A stretch of 26,446 nt of DNA, taken from IMG/VR virus record IMGVR_UViG_3300027956_000035, positions 1 through 26,446 of that record; one strand, 5' to 3'. Positions 8,789 to 17,998 of this stretch are shown piece after piece; the stretch's first letter is position 1, and every line of letters begins with the position of its first letter. This DNA comes from a virus. Lineage: Duplodnaviria > Caudoviricetes. Below the pieces are notes generated by a model. That model did no database searches. It was not told the origin of the DNA and saw only the letters and a program-made list of their open reading frames with translations. The position numbers were made by a program, and so were the translations under genes.

Positions 8789-11046
8789 TTAAAAGATTAG
8801 GCGTCGTTTTATTTGCAAAACTGCAAGAGCTAGCCAAAGGTATAGCCGAAGGCGTGAGCATAGTGCTGCAAGGAAATAAGAAAATGGAGGCTAGCTCCAA
8901 GAAAGTTAGTAAATCTATAGAGCAAAGCTTCGGGCAAGGCGCAAAAAATGCCATCAAGCAAACCGGTGAGCAGATGCTCATTCAAACCGATATTTTGCGA
9001 GACCTTGAAATGGGTTTAAAGAAACTAGAAGAGCAGCAAAAATCTACGGGCAAATATGATTTTCAAGCACAAGCCAAAATAAACAAGGCAATAAAGGAGC
9101 AAACCCAGGCTATTGCAGATCAGAAATTCGCGCTGCAAGGTTTGAAGATGCAGCAACAAGAAAGCAAGGCGGCACTTTCTGAAAGCCGCGCTGTTGCTGA
9201 GGACAACTCTCAGGCAATGGAGGCTTTAAGCCGTGCAGTTAATGCAGCTGCAATGGCTACGTTGTTGCTAGGTGACGATAATAAAAAATTACAGCCTGCA
9301 ATAAATGCCGTGCGCGTTGTTATGGCAGGAGCAAGCGCTGCAATGGCGCTATATAATTTGTCATTGCGCGAAAATAACGTGCTTACAATGCTTAGCGGAA
9401 AGCTTCAAAAGGCTTACGCTGTAGTGGTTGGAACGTCAACGGGAGCAATGAAGATGTTTAGAATTGCCCTAGCATCTACGGGGGTTGGAGTGCTTATTGT
9501 GGCATTGGGTGCGTTGGTTGCTAAACTGATGGAGACGACAGAGGAAACATCTAATTTAGCAGACGAAATTGAGCGCATAGATACAGATTTAGACGGGTTC
9601 AGAACCAAGGTAGAAAACGTAGCCTCAGAATGGGAGCATTGGATGAATGTTCAAATAATTGCCGCAAAAATGGCAGGCAAAGGCGAAAAAGAACTTCAAA
9701 AAATTAGAGATGAAGCCTACGACAATCAAATAAAAAACATTGAGGCGCTTATTCAAGAAACCTACAACGCAGAAGAGGAAGCGCAAAAAGCCGCAAAAGG
9801 TCAAATAAAAGACCAGGCAAAATTGACCAAAGAATTAAATAAAATATTTGCAAAATACGAATCCGAAAGAGCTAAATTAGACCAGGATGTATTTGCATTA
9901 AGGCGAAAAAAAGAACTTGAAAATTTACAGCTTGATTACGAAATTAACCAAGAGCAGAAAAAAATAAACGAGGATAAATTAAAATCATTTTTAAAAGCAG
10001 AAGAAGAAAGGCAAAAAGGATTTAAACAGTACCGGGCAGAGCAATTATCTGAGGAAAAGAAATTTCAACAGCTTTCTATTGAGCAGATGCAAGAAGGCAA
10101 AGCCAAAGAGCTTGCTCAGTTAAAATTTAATTTTGAAAACGAAATTGCAGAGGTTAAATATAGCCAAGAATTAAAAAAGGCTTTAACCGATAAATATAAT
10201 AAAGATGTTGCGGCGGTAAATACCAAATATTCAAATCAAGAACTTCAAGCCATAGGCGCAAACCTAATGGCTTACGTCAAATTTGAACAAGCTAAAAGAG
10301 ATGCGCGTTTAAAATTCAACAAGAAAGCCAACGCCGAAATACTAGCAGAACAAGAAAAATTTAATCAGAAAGTAAACGAGCAGTTTAAAAATGCTTTAAA
10401 TCAGTTTACGCAAACGGTTGTGTCTGAGGTTTCAAACAGCATCAAACGAGCATTTGAAGGGGTTAGTGAAAGCTCACAAATAAGCTTGAAAATACTTGAG
10501 ATGCAACAAAAGGAACTTGAAAAAACCATGAAAGATGTGGAGCGCAGTGATTTAGAGCGCTTACAAGCAAGGCAGCAATATTTGAAAAATGAACAGGACA
10601 TCATGGATGCAACGCAAAGCAACATGAGTAAATTGTTTAAAAGTATTTTATTGGGTGTTGCGGATTTCTTGATTCAATTAGGTACGGGTTTAGTAGTTGC
10701 AGCAACGGCAACAGATGCATTTTTTCAATCACTTAAATCAAATCCTAAACTTGCAATCGCTGCAGGTTTAGCGGCAATTACTGCAGGTGTAGCAACCAAG
10801 GCCGTGATTGAACGCGGGCCTAGATTTGCGAACGGTGGTATAGTAAGTGGCCCTACATTGGGACTAGTGGGCGAGTATCCTGGAGCATCAACAAACCCCG
10901 AAGTTATAGCGCCATTGGACAAGCTGCAATCTATGATTAATGGAACAGGCGGCGGAGAGGGTGGATATATAGCGGAGACGCGAGTAAGTGGCCGAGATTT
11001 GGCAATAGTTTTGAACAGATATAATAAAGACGCACAACGTGGCTAG
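8785..11046 (+). CDS. Tail tape measure protein
   Basis: 753 aa, helical and rich in Ala/Glu/Lys/Gln. Motifs 'ALASTGVGVLIVALGAL' and C-terminal 'FANGGIVSGPTLGLVGE...NPEVIAPLDKL'. Confidence 0.9.
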   Translation: MIKRLGVVLFAKLQELAKGIAEGVSIVLQGNKKMEASSKKVSKSIEQSFGQGAKNAIKQTGEQMLIQTDILRDLEMGLKKLEEQQKSTGKYDFQAQAKINKAIKEQTQAIADQKFALQGLKMQQQESKAALSESRAVAEDNSQAMEALSRAVNAAAMATLLLGDDNKKLQPAINAVRVVMAGASAAMALYNLSLRENNVLTMLSGKLQKAYAVVVGTSTGAMKMFRIALASTGVGVLIVALGALVAKLMETTEETSNLADEIERIDTDLDGFRTKVENVASEWEHWMNVQIIAAKMAGKGEKELQKIRDEAYDNQIKNIEALIQETYNAEEEAQKAAKGQIKDQAKLTKELNKIFAKYESERAKLDQDVFALRRKKELENLQLDYEINQEQKKINEDKLKSFLKAEEERQKGFKQYRAEQLSEEKKFQQLSIEQMQEGKAKELAQLKFNFENEIAEVKYSQELKKALTDKYNKDVAAVNTKYSNQELQAIGANLMAYVKFEQAKRDARLKFNKKANAEILAEQEKFNQKVNEQFKNALNQFTQTVVSEVSNSIKRAFEGVSESSQISLKILEMQQKELEKTMKDVERSDLERLQARQQYLKNEQDIMDATQSNMSKLFKSILLGVADFLIQLGTGLVVAATATDAFFQSLKSNPKLAIAAGLAAITAGVATKAVIERGPRFANGGIVSGPTLGLVGEYPGASTNPEVIAPLDKLQSMINGTGGGEGGYIAETRVSGRDLAIVLNRYNKDAQRG

Positions 11047-13399
11047 GAAATACTACGGCATAATAGACGACATAAACGGCGACACATACACCGTTGAACT
11101 TTGGGACGCACCAAGCGGCTCACTTACGGGTGGAACACAATTGCCATTGGCAGGCGATGGCTTTGTTTTACAGCAACAGGGTGAAGGTGACGCGCTTTAT
11201 GAAAACCCAATACGCAAAACCAAAGTTAACGCGACATTTGTCGTAAATAGTACTGCAGATCACACGTTTTTTAAAACCATAGGAGTAGATGACGAAAATA
11301 AATACGCGCTTGTAATTTGGAAGGGCAGCAATTTATTTTGGGTGGGCCGCGTGTTATCTGATTTGAACGAATACCAATTAAGACCAGAGTTAAACACAAC
11401 ATACGAAATAGGTAGTGTCGACTGCTTATCTCTGATGAATGAGTATTATGTAGACCCTGATTGGTTTAGTGCGGCTGATAGGCTTAATATGCTTGATATT
11501 GTGCGCCAAAGTTTAGCGCAAACCGAACTTCCTTTATATTGGAATCACCTGGGCAAAGGCTCTCAGTATATTTTAGATGCAATAGAAAGCAAAACGCCGC
11601 GAGTTGAGGCCTTAAAAAAATATGAGTTAAGCATAAATGCGGCAATAAACGATTATCAGGTTTTTTACAATCAAAAGGTATCTGATGCCAATTGGAAAGG
11701 ATGGGTAGATTGCGAGACCATAATAAATAACATATTGCTTGCAATGGAGGCTAGATTAGTGCTTGATAATGGCAAGTATTATTTTTATCAGCCCGTTGAA
11801 TTTGGTGTTGCGTCAACTATTTACTATTCATTATATGGAACAGATGGCACACTTACTTTTTCAAATAACTATCTTCATCATGTTGGTGTAAGTACAGCGC
11901 TATCTACAAGGCCACAATTTCAAAGCTTCCCAACTATTACGCATCAAGCTGCAGTAAGAGAGTTTTTATTTAAGTGGACTAGAAAGGCATTTTCTAGAGA
12001 GGTTAGAATAAACGCAAATCAATCGACCGCAGATTTAACAGTGGGGCCTATAAATGCCACATCAGGGCCAAAGATTTTAGTTTACGCTAATTTAAATTGG
12101 GATTATATTTATAACCCAGTGCCTGGTACTAGTTTCTATAATGAAATATTATTTAGAATTTACACCTACAACAGCACAACAGGGGCATTTCAAAAATACG
12201 ATTACAATGATCAAACATGGGTAGCTTCGGCAACTAAGCCCGATTATGAGATAATTTTAATTCAACGCAGAGACGAAAAAACCACAAGAACGGGATTATT
12301 CAACAGCGTTAAAAGCGTTGACTTTACTAGGACGTTTTCAAGCTCTACGGGTGTAGATGCTATTTATTGCGAGTTTGGAATATTAAACACATCAAGTGTT
12401 GCGTTTTCGGGGGCCTCTACTAAAACAAGGCTATCAATATGGGGCAACACCAACCTATTTCAACAAGATGATTTACCTAGGACAATAAGCGTAACAAACA
12501 CCGATAACGTTACGGCTTCCAAAATTGTCGAGCTAGATTCTGCAATTTATCAAAACAACCTAAGCCTTGACGACGTTGGAATGATTTATGATTTAAACAC
12601 CAATACTATACCGACAGCCTGGGCAACAATGAACGCAAGTTTAAGCGCGCCATTATTACAGCGAAACGGTACAGATTGGATGTCAATTTATAAATTTTCG
12701 CCTATTTTATTACAGGGGAGTTTTCACGATGCGGGCAATTATTTGCGCGTTAAATCAATTTATTTTGATAGTGACGTATATCACTGGCAAGGTGGAAGTT
12801 TTTACGCGCAATCGTGCCGCTATGAAGGCGAATGGCTTAAAGTTGCATCAGATTACGGCAACATAGTAACAGGTGGCGAGCTTGATAGCGATGAAATAGA
12901 TTTAGGCGACCAAGGCAGCGAAACGCTTTTAAGATTGTCTCAACAAACTGAAGATTTGCGCGAGGCCATTGGTAATGTTTACGATGCTGTGCCTTATCAT
13001 ATAAGCGAGGTGTCTGCAGGATCTCCAACCACTACGCCAATTATCGACACAGCCTTTGACGTAAAAGTATATTTTGACCAATCTGAAAGCTTATTAAAAT
13101 GGGATTTACAAGAGGAAGGCAAAGTAACCACCATAACCACAGCAACCTACAACGTAACCGGCTACACTGAGCTATATTTATGCGATACCACAGCGCACGG
13201 AATAACAGTAACGCTTCCAAGCGCGGCCGATTACAAAGGTCGCCGTTATATATTTAAGAAAACAAAGGCAACTCATAGCCTCGCAATCCAATCGACGGCC
13301 ATAGATGATGGAACCGAAATTTCCATGAATAACAAAAACGAAGCTATAACGGTAATGAGTGACGGGTCGCAGTGGTGGGTAATCGCTAAGTTCCCATAA
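11039..13399 (+). CDS. Tail tip/baseplate hub-like structural protein
   Basis: 786-aa beta-rich ORF after the tape measure gene (GTG start). C-terminal 'ITVTLPSA...YIFKK...SDGSQWWVI' resembles a fibre-type domain. Confidence 0.7.
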   Translation: MARKYYGIIDDINGDTYTVELWDAPSGSLTGGTQLPLAGDGFVLQQQGEGDALYENPIRKTKVNATFVVNSTADHTFFKTIGVDDENKYALVIWKGSNLFWVGRVLSDLNEYQLRPELNTTYEIGSVDCLSLMNEYYVDPDWFSAADRLNMLDIVRQSLAQTELPLYWNHLGKGSQYILDAIESKTPRVEALKKYELSINAAINDYQVFYNQKVSDANWKGWVDCETIINNILLAMEARLVLDNGKYYFYQPVEFGVASTIYYSLYGTDGTLTFSNNYLHHVGVSTALSTRPQFQSFPTITHQAAVREFLFKWTRKAFSREVRINANQSTADLTVGPINATSGPKILVYANLNWDYIYNPVPGTSFYNEILFRIYTYNSTTGAFQKYDYNDQTWVASATKPDYEIILIQRRDEKTTRTGLFNSVKSVDFTRTFSSSTGVDAIYCEFGILNTSSVAFSGASTKTRLSIWGNTNLFQQDDLPRTISVTNTDNVTASKIVELDSAIYQNNLSLDDVGMIYDLNTNTIPTAWATMNASLSAPLLQRNGTDWMSIYKFSPILLQGSFHDAGNYLRVKSIYFDSDVYHWQGGSFYAQSCRYEGEWLKVASDYGNIVTGGELDSDEIDLGDQGSETLLRLSQQTEDLREAIGNVYDAVPYHISEVSAGSPTTTPIIDTAFDVKVYFDQSESLLKWDLQEEGKVTTITTATYNVTGYTELYLCDTTAHGITVTLPSAADYKGRRYIFKKTKATHSLAIQSTAIDDGTEISMNNKNEAITVMSDGSQWWVIAKFP

Positions 13400-13440
13400 T
13401 TTGTAACAGCGGGGAGTTATTAGTTTGGTATTTTCGCCGT

Positions 13441-14595
13441 ATGGCGGATCAGAAAATTAGTCAATTAACGACCATTGTCACCGTTGACAATAACACGGAT
13501 GTCTTGCCAATAGTTGACACATCCGCAGCACAAACGAAAAAAGTAACTCCTGCAGCTTTAAAAACTGCACTTGCTCTAAATAACGTAGACAATACTAGCG
13601 ACACTGACAAGCCAGTAAGTACGGCAACTCAAAGTGCTTTGGATGCAAAACAAGCAACGTTGGTTTCAGGCACGAATATTAAGACTATAAATTCTCAATC
13701 CTTATTGGGTTCAGGGAATATTGATATTTCGGGAAGTGGTGGGGTTACTACCCTTGATGGGTTAAGTGGTGCGATTACATTGATTGAAGGTGCAAACGTA
13801 ACCATAACCGATAACGGCACAAATCAAATCACTATTGCGGCTGCAAGTGGTGGAGTTACCGACGGTGACAAAGGTGATATAACCGTATCAGGTAGTGGAG
13901 CAACTTGGACTATTGATAACGGAGTTGTAAACAATGATAAATTAGGCACAGGAATAGACGCTGCAAAGTTAGGTGACGGAAGTGTAAGCAATACCGAGTT
14001 TCAATATTTGAACGGAGTTAGTAGTGCAATTCAAACGCAATTGGATGCAAAGGTTGACGAAAACGCTGCAATCACAGGAGCGACAAAAACAAAGATAACC
14101 TACGATGCAAAAGGGTTAGTTACCGCTGGGGCAGATGCAACAACGGCAGATATTGCAGATAGCAGCAATAAAAGATATGTGACTGATGCACAATTAACCG
14201 TAATAGGTAACACAAGCGGAACGAACACGGGCGATAATGCGACCAATTCGCAGTATTCAGGTTTGGATGCAGCAAAAACAAATAAACTAATTACAACCAA
14301 CCGCCAAACTGCATCGTATACACTTGTTTTAAGTGATGCTGACAAGTTGGTCGAGATGAATGTGGGGAGTGCGAACAACTTGACTATTCCATTAAATTCT
14401 TCAGTTGCATTTCCAACAGGGACTCAAATTTTACTTGCCCAATACGGGGCAGGTCAAACGACCATAGTTGCAACAAGTGGAGTGACGGTTAGAAGTAACG
14501 GAGCGAAATTGAAACTGAACGTGCAGTATAGCGGTGCTACTTTGATAAAGATAGGCACTGATGAGTGGTATTTATTCGGAGATATAGTAGCATGA
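13441..14595 (+). CDS. Tail fibre / fibre-like structural protein
   Basis: Gly/Thr/Ser-rich. Fibre motifs 'MADQKISQL', 'LNNVDNTSDTDKPVSTATQSALDAKQ', 'TKITYDAKGLVTAG', and C-terminal 'ASYTLVLSD...WYLFGD'. Confidence 0.8.
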   Translation: MADQKISQLTTIVTVDNNTDVLPIVDTSAAQTKKVTPAALKTALALNNVDNTSDTDKPVSTATQSALDAKQATLVSGTNIKTINSQSLLGSGNIDISGSGGVTTLDGLSGAITLIEGANVTITDNGTNQITIAAASGGVTDGDKGDITVSGSGATWTIDNGVVNNDKLGTGIDAAKLGDGSVSNTEFQYLNGVSSAIQTQLDAKVDENAAITGATKTKITYDAKGLVTAGADATTADIADSSNKRYVTDAQLTVIGNTSGTNTGDNATNSQYSGLDAAKTNKLITTNRQTASYTLVLSDADKLVEMNVGSANNLTIPLNSSVAFPTGTQILLAQYGAGQTTIVATSGVTVRSNGAKLKLNVQYSGATLIKIGTDEWYLFGDIVA

Positions 14596-15419
14596 TTTTA
14601 GCAACACACGGAATTATAGGTAGTTCAATTGTGCAGTTTAGCGCTGCTGCACTTGAATCTCAATTTAATGATAGAGTAGTTGCTGCTGGTGGTTCATTAA
14701 CATCTACCGAAAGGTCTGCTTTAGTTACATTGATTAACGATTTAAACAATTACGGCATTTGGACTAAAATGAAAGCCGTTTACCCTATGGTTGGAGCAAG
14801 TGCAGCAGCGTGTGCACAGAATTTAAAGAGTAGTAGTTTTACAGGTACATTTACAAGTGGTTGGACATTTGCAAGTACAGGAGCAAAACCTAATGGTACG
14901 AGTGCATTTATGAATACCTCTTTAAATTTATCTACACAAACAACATTGTACAATGTGGCTTATTCAAATTATATACGCACATTATCAAGTAAAGGTATAG
15001 ATATGGGCGTAACCGATAGCACATCTCCATTATATATAAATGAAGGATGGTTTTCCTCAAATTATAATGGTTTTTTACAAGGCGGTTTTTATGATAATGA
15101 TAACGGACCATTGGCAATTAAGGTTAGCACTACAAATAGTCGGGGATTTTTTGTGAGTTCAATAACATCTCAAACAAATACTTTTGTCACTCAAGGCAAT
15201 ACATTAAAAGGACAAGTAACGACTCTAAATTTAACAACTCCAGCAAACACCACAATAGTATTAGGAGGGGTTAGGAACGCAAATGGTGGTGGTGTAATTG
15301 AATTTTCTAACAAGGAAACTTGTTTTGCATCAATTAGTGATGGCTTATCAACTACCGAAGCCGCTAATTTTTACACCGCAGTACAAGCATTTCAAACAAC
15401 CCTTTCACGTAACGTATAA
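14592..15419 (+). CDS. Putative receptor-binding protein (beta-sandwich/lectin-like)
   Basis: ATGA-coupled to the fibre gene (ATG 14592). Thr/Ser/Asn-rich beta-type composition. Function inferred from position. Confidence 0.55.
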   Translation: MILATHGIIGSSIVQFSAAALESQFNDRVVAAGGSLTSTERSALVTLINDLNNYGIWTKMKAVYPMVGASAAACAQNLKSSSFTGTFTSGWTFASTGAKPNGTSAFMNTSLNLSTQTTLYNVAYSNYIRTLSSKGIDMGVTDSTSPLYINEGWFSSNYNGFLQGGFYDNDNGPLAIKVSTTNSRGFFVSSITSQTNTFVTQGNTLKGQVTTLNLTTPANTTIVLGGVRNANGGGVIEFSNKETCFASISDGLSTTEAANFYTAVQAFQTTLSRNV

Positions 15420-15658
15420 TGATAGGCTATATTTTAACCGAAAACCAAGCAAACGAAGTACAAGGCAAATTTGTTAACCCTTACTGCTTCATAAACTGCG
15501 TTCAAGACATCAACGATGTGTGGTTCTTTTTCGGCAACGAGCAAGACAAAGAGACTTTTAAAGATTCTGAATATATGTGGTTGTTTGACCTCCCGCAAGG
15601 CGAATATATACCTAAACCAACACCTAACCCATTCGATGAAACTACCCATAACCTTTGA
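15419..15658 (+). CDS. Small hypothetical protein, possible fibre chaperone
   Basis: TAATG overlap with the upstream gene. Pro-rich C-terminus 'YIPKPTPNP'. Confidence 0.55.
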   Translation: MIGYILTENQANEVQGKFVNPYCFINCVQDINDVWFFFGNEQDKETFKDSEYMWLFDLPQGEYIPKPTPNPFDETTHNL

Positions 15659-15893
15659 CGAATTTAAAAGCGACCCAACCAAGGCAATAACCTTTTTGAT
15701 GTTGGTCGTTGTGAGTGTGCTGTATTATAGGGCTGAACGCCAAAGTAAAGCCATCAATGACCGATGTGAGCAGCGGTTGGAATTATGTGAGGCAAAGTTA
15801 GAAAAAATGTCCAAGATGTTAAAAACGCAAGATTCATTGTGTAGTGCGTTAATTACTGAAATAAGCATTTATAAAAATTTAGGTAAAATATGA
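15636..15893 (+). CDS. Membrane protein (one TM helix plus coiled coil), lysis-cassette associated
   Basis: ATG 15636. Hydrophobic 'AITFLMLVVVSVLYY' followed by a coiled coil with three Cys. Confidence 0.6.
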   Translation: MKLPITFDEFKSDPTKAITFLMLVVVSVLYYRAERQSKAINDRCEQRLELCEAKLEKMSKMLKTQDSLCSALITEISIYKNLGKI

Positions 15894-16084
15894 AACTACT
15901 TTACGGAATAGCAATAATAGCCTTAATTATGGCGGTTGCAATTGAACCTGATGTTGAGCAGAAAGCCGAGGAGCAAATCCACCACTCCGAAATGATGTGC
16001 GATTCTGCTGCAATGGTTTTAGAGGAGATCCACAATTTGAACGATAGCCTATTAATTGAAAAATACTTTTATGAAAATAAGTGA
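15890..16084 (+). CDS. Small membrane-anchored/secreted protein
   Basis: ATGA-coupled. N-terminal hydrophobic 'LLYGIAIIALIMAVAI' followed by an acidic segment. Confidence 0.55.
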   Translation: MKLLYGIAIIALIMAVAIEPDVEQKAEEQIHHSEMMCDSAAMVLEEIHNLNDSLLIEKYFYENK

Positions 16085-16280
16085 GTTATTCAAAGGGGAT
16101 AAAGGCGAATTTTCGTCCAAGAGGTTTGTTGGTATTTTTGGCGCTTTGGTCCTATTTGGCTCTATGGTTTATTATAATAGCGATAAACTCGTTGAAGCGG
16201 TGGAGTTCATCACTATATTTTCGCTTGGTTACACGGTTATAGACAAATACACCAATGGCAAAAACAACGCAAGTCAGTAA
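16071..16280 (+). CDS. Holin-like protein (two TM helices)
   Basis: 69 aa. 'SSKRF' followed by two hydrophobic segments, upstream of the spanin-like gene and endolysin. Confidence 0.55.
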   Translation: MKISELFKGDKGEFSSKRFVGIFGALVLFGSMVYYNSDKLVEAVEFITIFSLGYTVIDKYTNGKNNASQ

Positions 16281-16371
16281 GCACCGAGAAAAACCAAAGC
16301 GCAAGCGCCCAGGTGTACATTCTAAAAATAATAAACCATGCAAAAAATATCGTGGGCAGGGGCGATTATAA
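16255..16371 (+). CDS. Small basic peptide (38 aa), not in the ORF track
   Basis: Translates as MAKTTQVSKHREKPKRKRPGVHSKNNKPCKKYRGQGRL. Bridges the gap between the holin-like and lipoprotein genes. Confidence 0.6.
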   Translation: MAKTTQVSKHREKPKRKRPGVHSKNNKPCKKYRGQGRL

Positions 16372-16724
16372 TTTTATTAGCTAGCTGCTCAGCTGAGTGG
16401 CACCATGAGAAAGCGTGCAAAAAAGCGCCTATTTATTGTATGGAGTGGGTGCGGCTTGATACGGTGTTGTATCGGGATAGTTTCGTTTATCATCGCGTTG
16501 ACACCACCGAATTGATAGATACGATTACAATTGATACGGGTAGCATTCAGGTAAAAATCGTGCGTCATCACGACATAATCCGCACCTATGTCAAACAAAA
16601 GCCCGACACAACAAGAATAACAATAACAAAACAAATGCCGCCGCGCATTATTTACCGAGATAAGGTAAATTGGTGGTGGTTAATTTTAATACCTTTATTA
16701 TTATGGCTAATTTACAAGAAGTAA
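16338..16724 (+). CDS. Lipoprotein with C-terminal TM segment, unimolecular spanin-like
   Basis: Signal peptide with lipobox LASC, beta-rich 'DT' repeats, C-terminal 'WWWLILIPLLLWLIYKK'. Directly upstream of the endolysin. Confidence 0.7.
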   Translation: MQKISWAGAIIILLASCSAEWHHEKACKKAPIYCMEWVRLDTVLYRDSFVYHRVDTTELIDTITIDTGSIQVKIVRHHDIIRTYVKQKPDTTRITITKQMPPRIIYRDKVNWWWLILIPLLLWLIYKK

Positions 16725-17302
16725 ACTTCGACTACATTAAAAAATGGGAAGGCGGTTTATCCTGGCATAAAAAGGATAGCGCTTCCAAACATCCGGTGCC
16801 ATCTACTGTGGCGCATCCTAACCCTAAAGGCATTCACACCAATATTGGAGTAACTTGGATGGCGTGGAGCACTATCTATGGCCGTAGCGAGGAATCTATA
16901 AAAGATTTTTATGTGATGCCTAAGGACAAATGGGTGAAAGTTTACAAGTGGTATTGGGATTTGGTAAACGGATCACAAATCGAAAGCCAAGTGATTGCTG
17001 AATGGCTTGCGGATTGGGCGTGGGGCTCAGGCGCAAATGCGGCATTTCAGATGCAACACTTTTTGAATCACAACGGATATATTTTAACCGTTGACGGAAA
17101 AATAGGGGCAAAATCGGTTAATGCCATGAATGCGCTCATAAAAGAAAAAGGCCCTGCAGAAATCTACAAGGCCCTATATACTTGGCGCTGCGATTGGATT
17201 AAACGCCTTCCGTCATTTCGTGACTTTGGTCGTGGGTGGATGAATCGATTGGAGGATTTTCATGCATGGGCGCTAAAAGAGCTTCAACACGAGAAACCGT
17301 AA
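16703..17302 (+). CDS. Endolysin, glycoside hydrolase family 108 with peptidoglycan-binding C-terminus
   Basis: 'WEGG', 'TNIGVT', 'VDGKIGAKS', 'FGRGWMNRL'. ATG 16703. Confidence 0.85.
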   Translation: MANLQEVNFDYIKKWEGGLSWHKKDSASKHPVPSTVAHPNPKGIHTNIGVTWMAWSTIYGRSEESIKDFYVMPKDKWVKVYKWYWDLVNGSQIESQVIAEWLADWAWGSGANAAFQMQHFLNHNGYILTVDGKIGAKSVNAMNALIKEKGPAEIYKALYTWRCDWIKRLPSFRDFGRGWMNRLEDFHAWALKELQHEKP

Positions 17303-17816
17303 CCGGTTGCACGTCCTGCACCTCGAATTCAGTGTGCATTCCCATCATGATTTCGGGCGCGTAAAGGCGACCAAAAAAAGCAGCTGAGCGATATTTTAGC
17401 ATAAGTTCGGGCATGGTTTTCCATTTGCTGCCTGCTTTGGTTAGCCATCCTTCATCTTTGGCCATTTGAATAGTTACCCAGGGACCTTCTAAAATGGCGC
17501 CGGTGTCTTTTTCTGTTGCAACTGCACGGCATTTATCTTCTGTAGCCTCAAAGCGCAAAGCCGTAAACCTTCCACAGGCATTTAATGCCGCAATGATAAA
17601 CGTGCTGCTCCATGAAGGGCGGCCGTGAATGATGTGAAGATTTTGCATAACCATAAGCGGCGAGGCTCCTATTCTGTGCGCCATTTCCAAGGCCACAAGC
17701 GTGTTGGCTACATTATTTTGATAATCCTTTGGAATCATTGTTGAGGCTGCAAGTGCCTTAGCCTTGCGCACAATTAAATCGTAGCTTTCTTCTGGGGTGT
17801 GGGTGATTTGTGTCAT
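17199..17816 (-). CDS. RecT/Redbeta-like single-strand annealing protein
   Basis: 'MVMQNLHIIHGRPSWSS', 'SKWKTMPELMLKYRSAAFFGRLYAPE'. Adjacent to the exonuclease. Confidence 0.75.
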   Translation of the reverse strand: MTQITHTPEESYDLIVRKAKALAASTMIPKDYQNNVANTLVALEMAHRIGASPLMVMQNLHIIHGRPSWSSTFIIAALNACGRFTALRFEATEDKCRAVATEKDTGAILEGPWVTIQMAKDEGWLTKAGSKWKTMPELMLKYRSAAFFGRLYAPEIMMGMHTEFEVQDVQPVTVSRVEALLAPMHENPPIDSSTHDQSHEMTEGV

Positions 17817-17998
17817 TTGTTTTTTATTTCTGCGTTATTTAATATATCGATAAATACTTGGAGGCTAATCCATTTAATCCATTTTCCATTTTCATCATAA
17901 GCACCTACGCGAGATATTGTGATATTATTTCCCTTTGCAAAATTACCTTGAGTTAGTTCGGCTTTGCTTATTTTGTAGTATGCAATCTCATTTTCCAT
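17813..17998 (-). CDS. Hypothetical protein
   Basis: 61-aa ORF overlapping both neighbours in the reverse-strand operon. Confidence 0.6.
   Translation of the reverse strand: MENEIAYYKISKAELTQGNFAKGNNITISRVGAYDENGKWIKWISLQVFIDILNNAEIKNK

Noticed and set aside
13441-15419. Diversity-generating retroelement targeting the fibre genes
   Set aside because: No reverse transcriptase ORF and no ~100-nt template/variable repeat pair seen.
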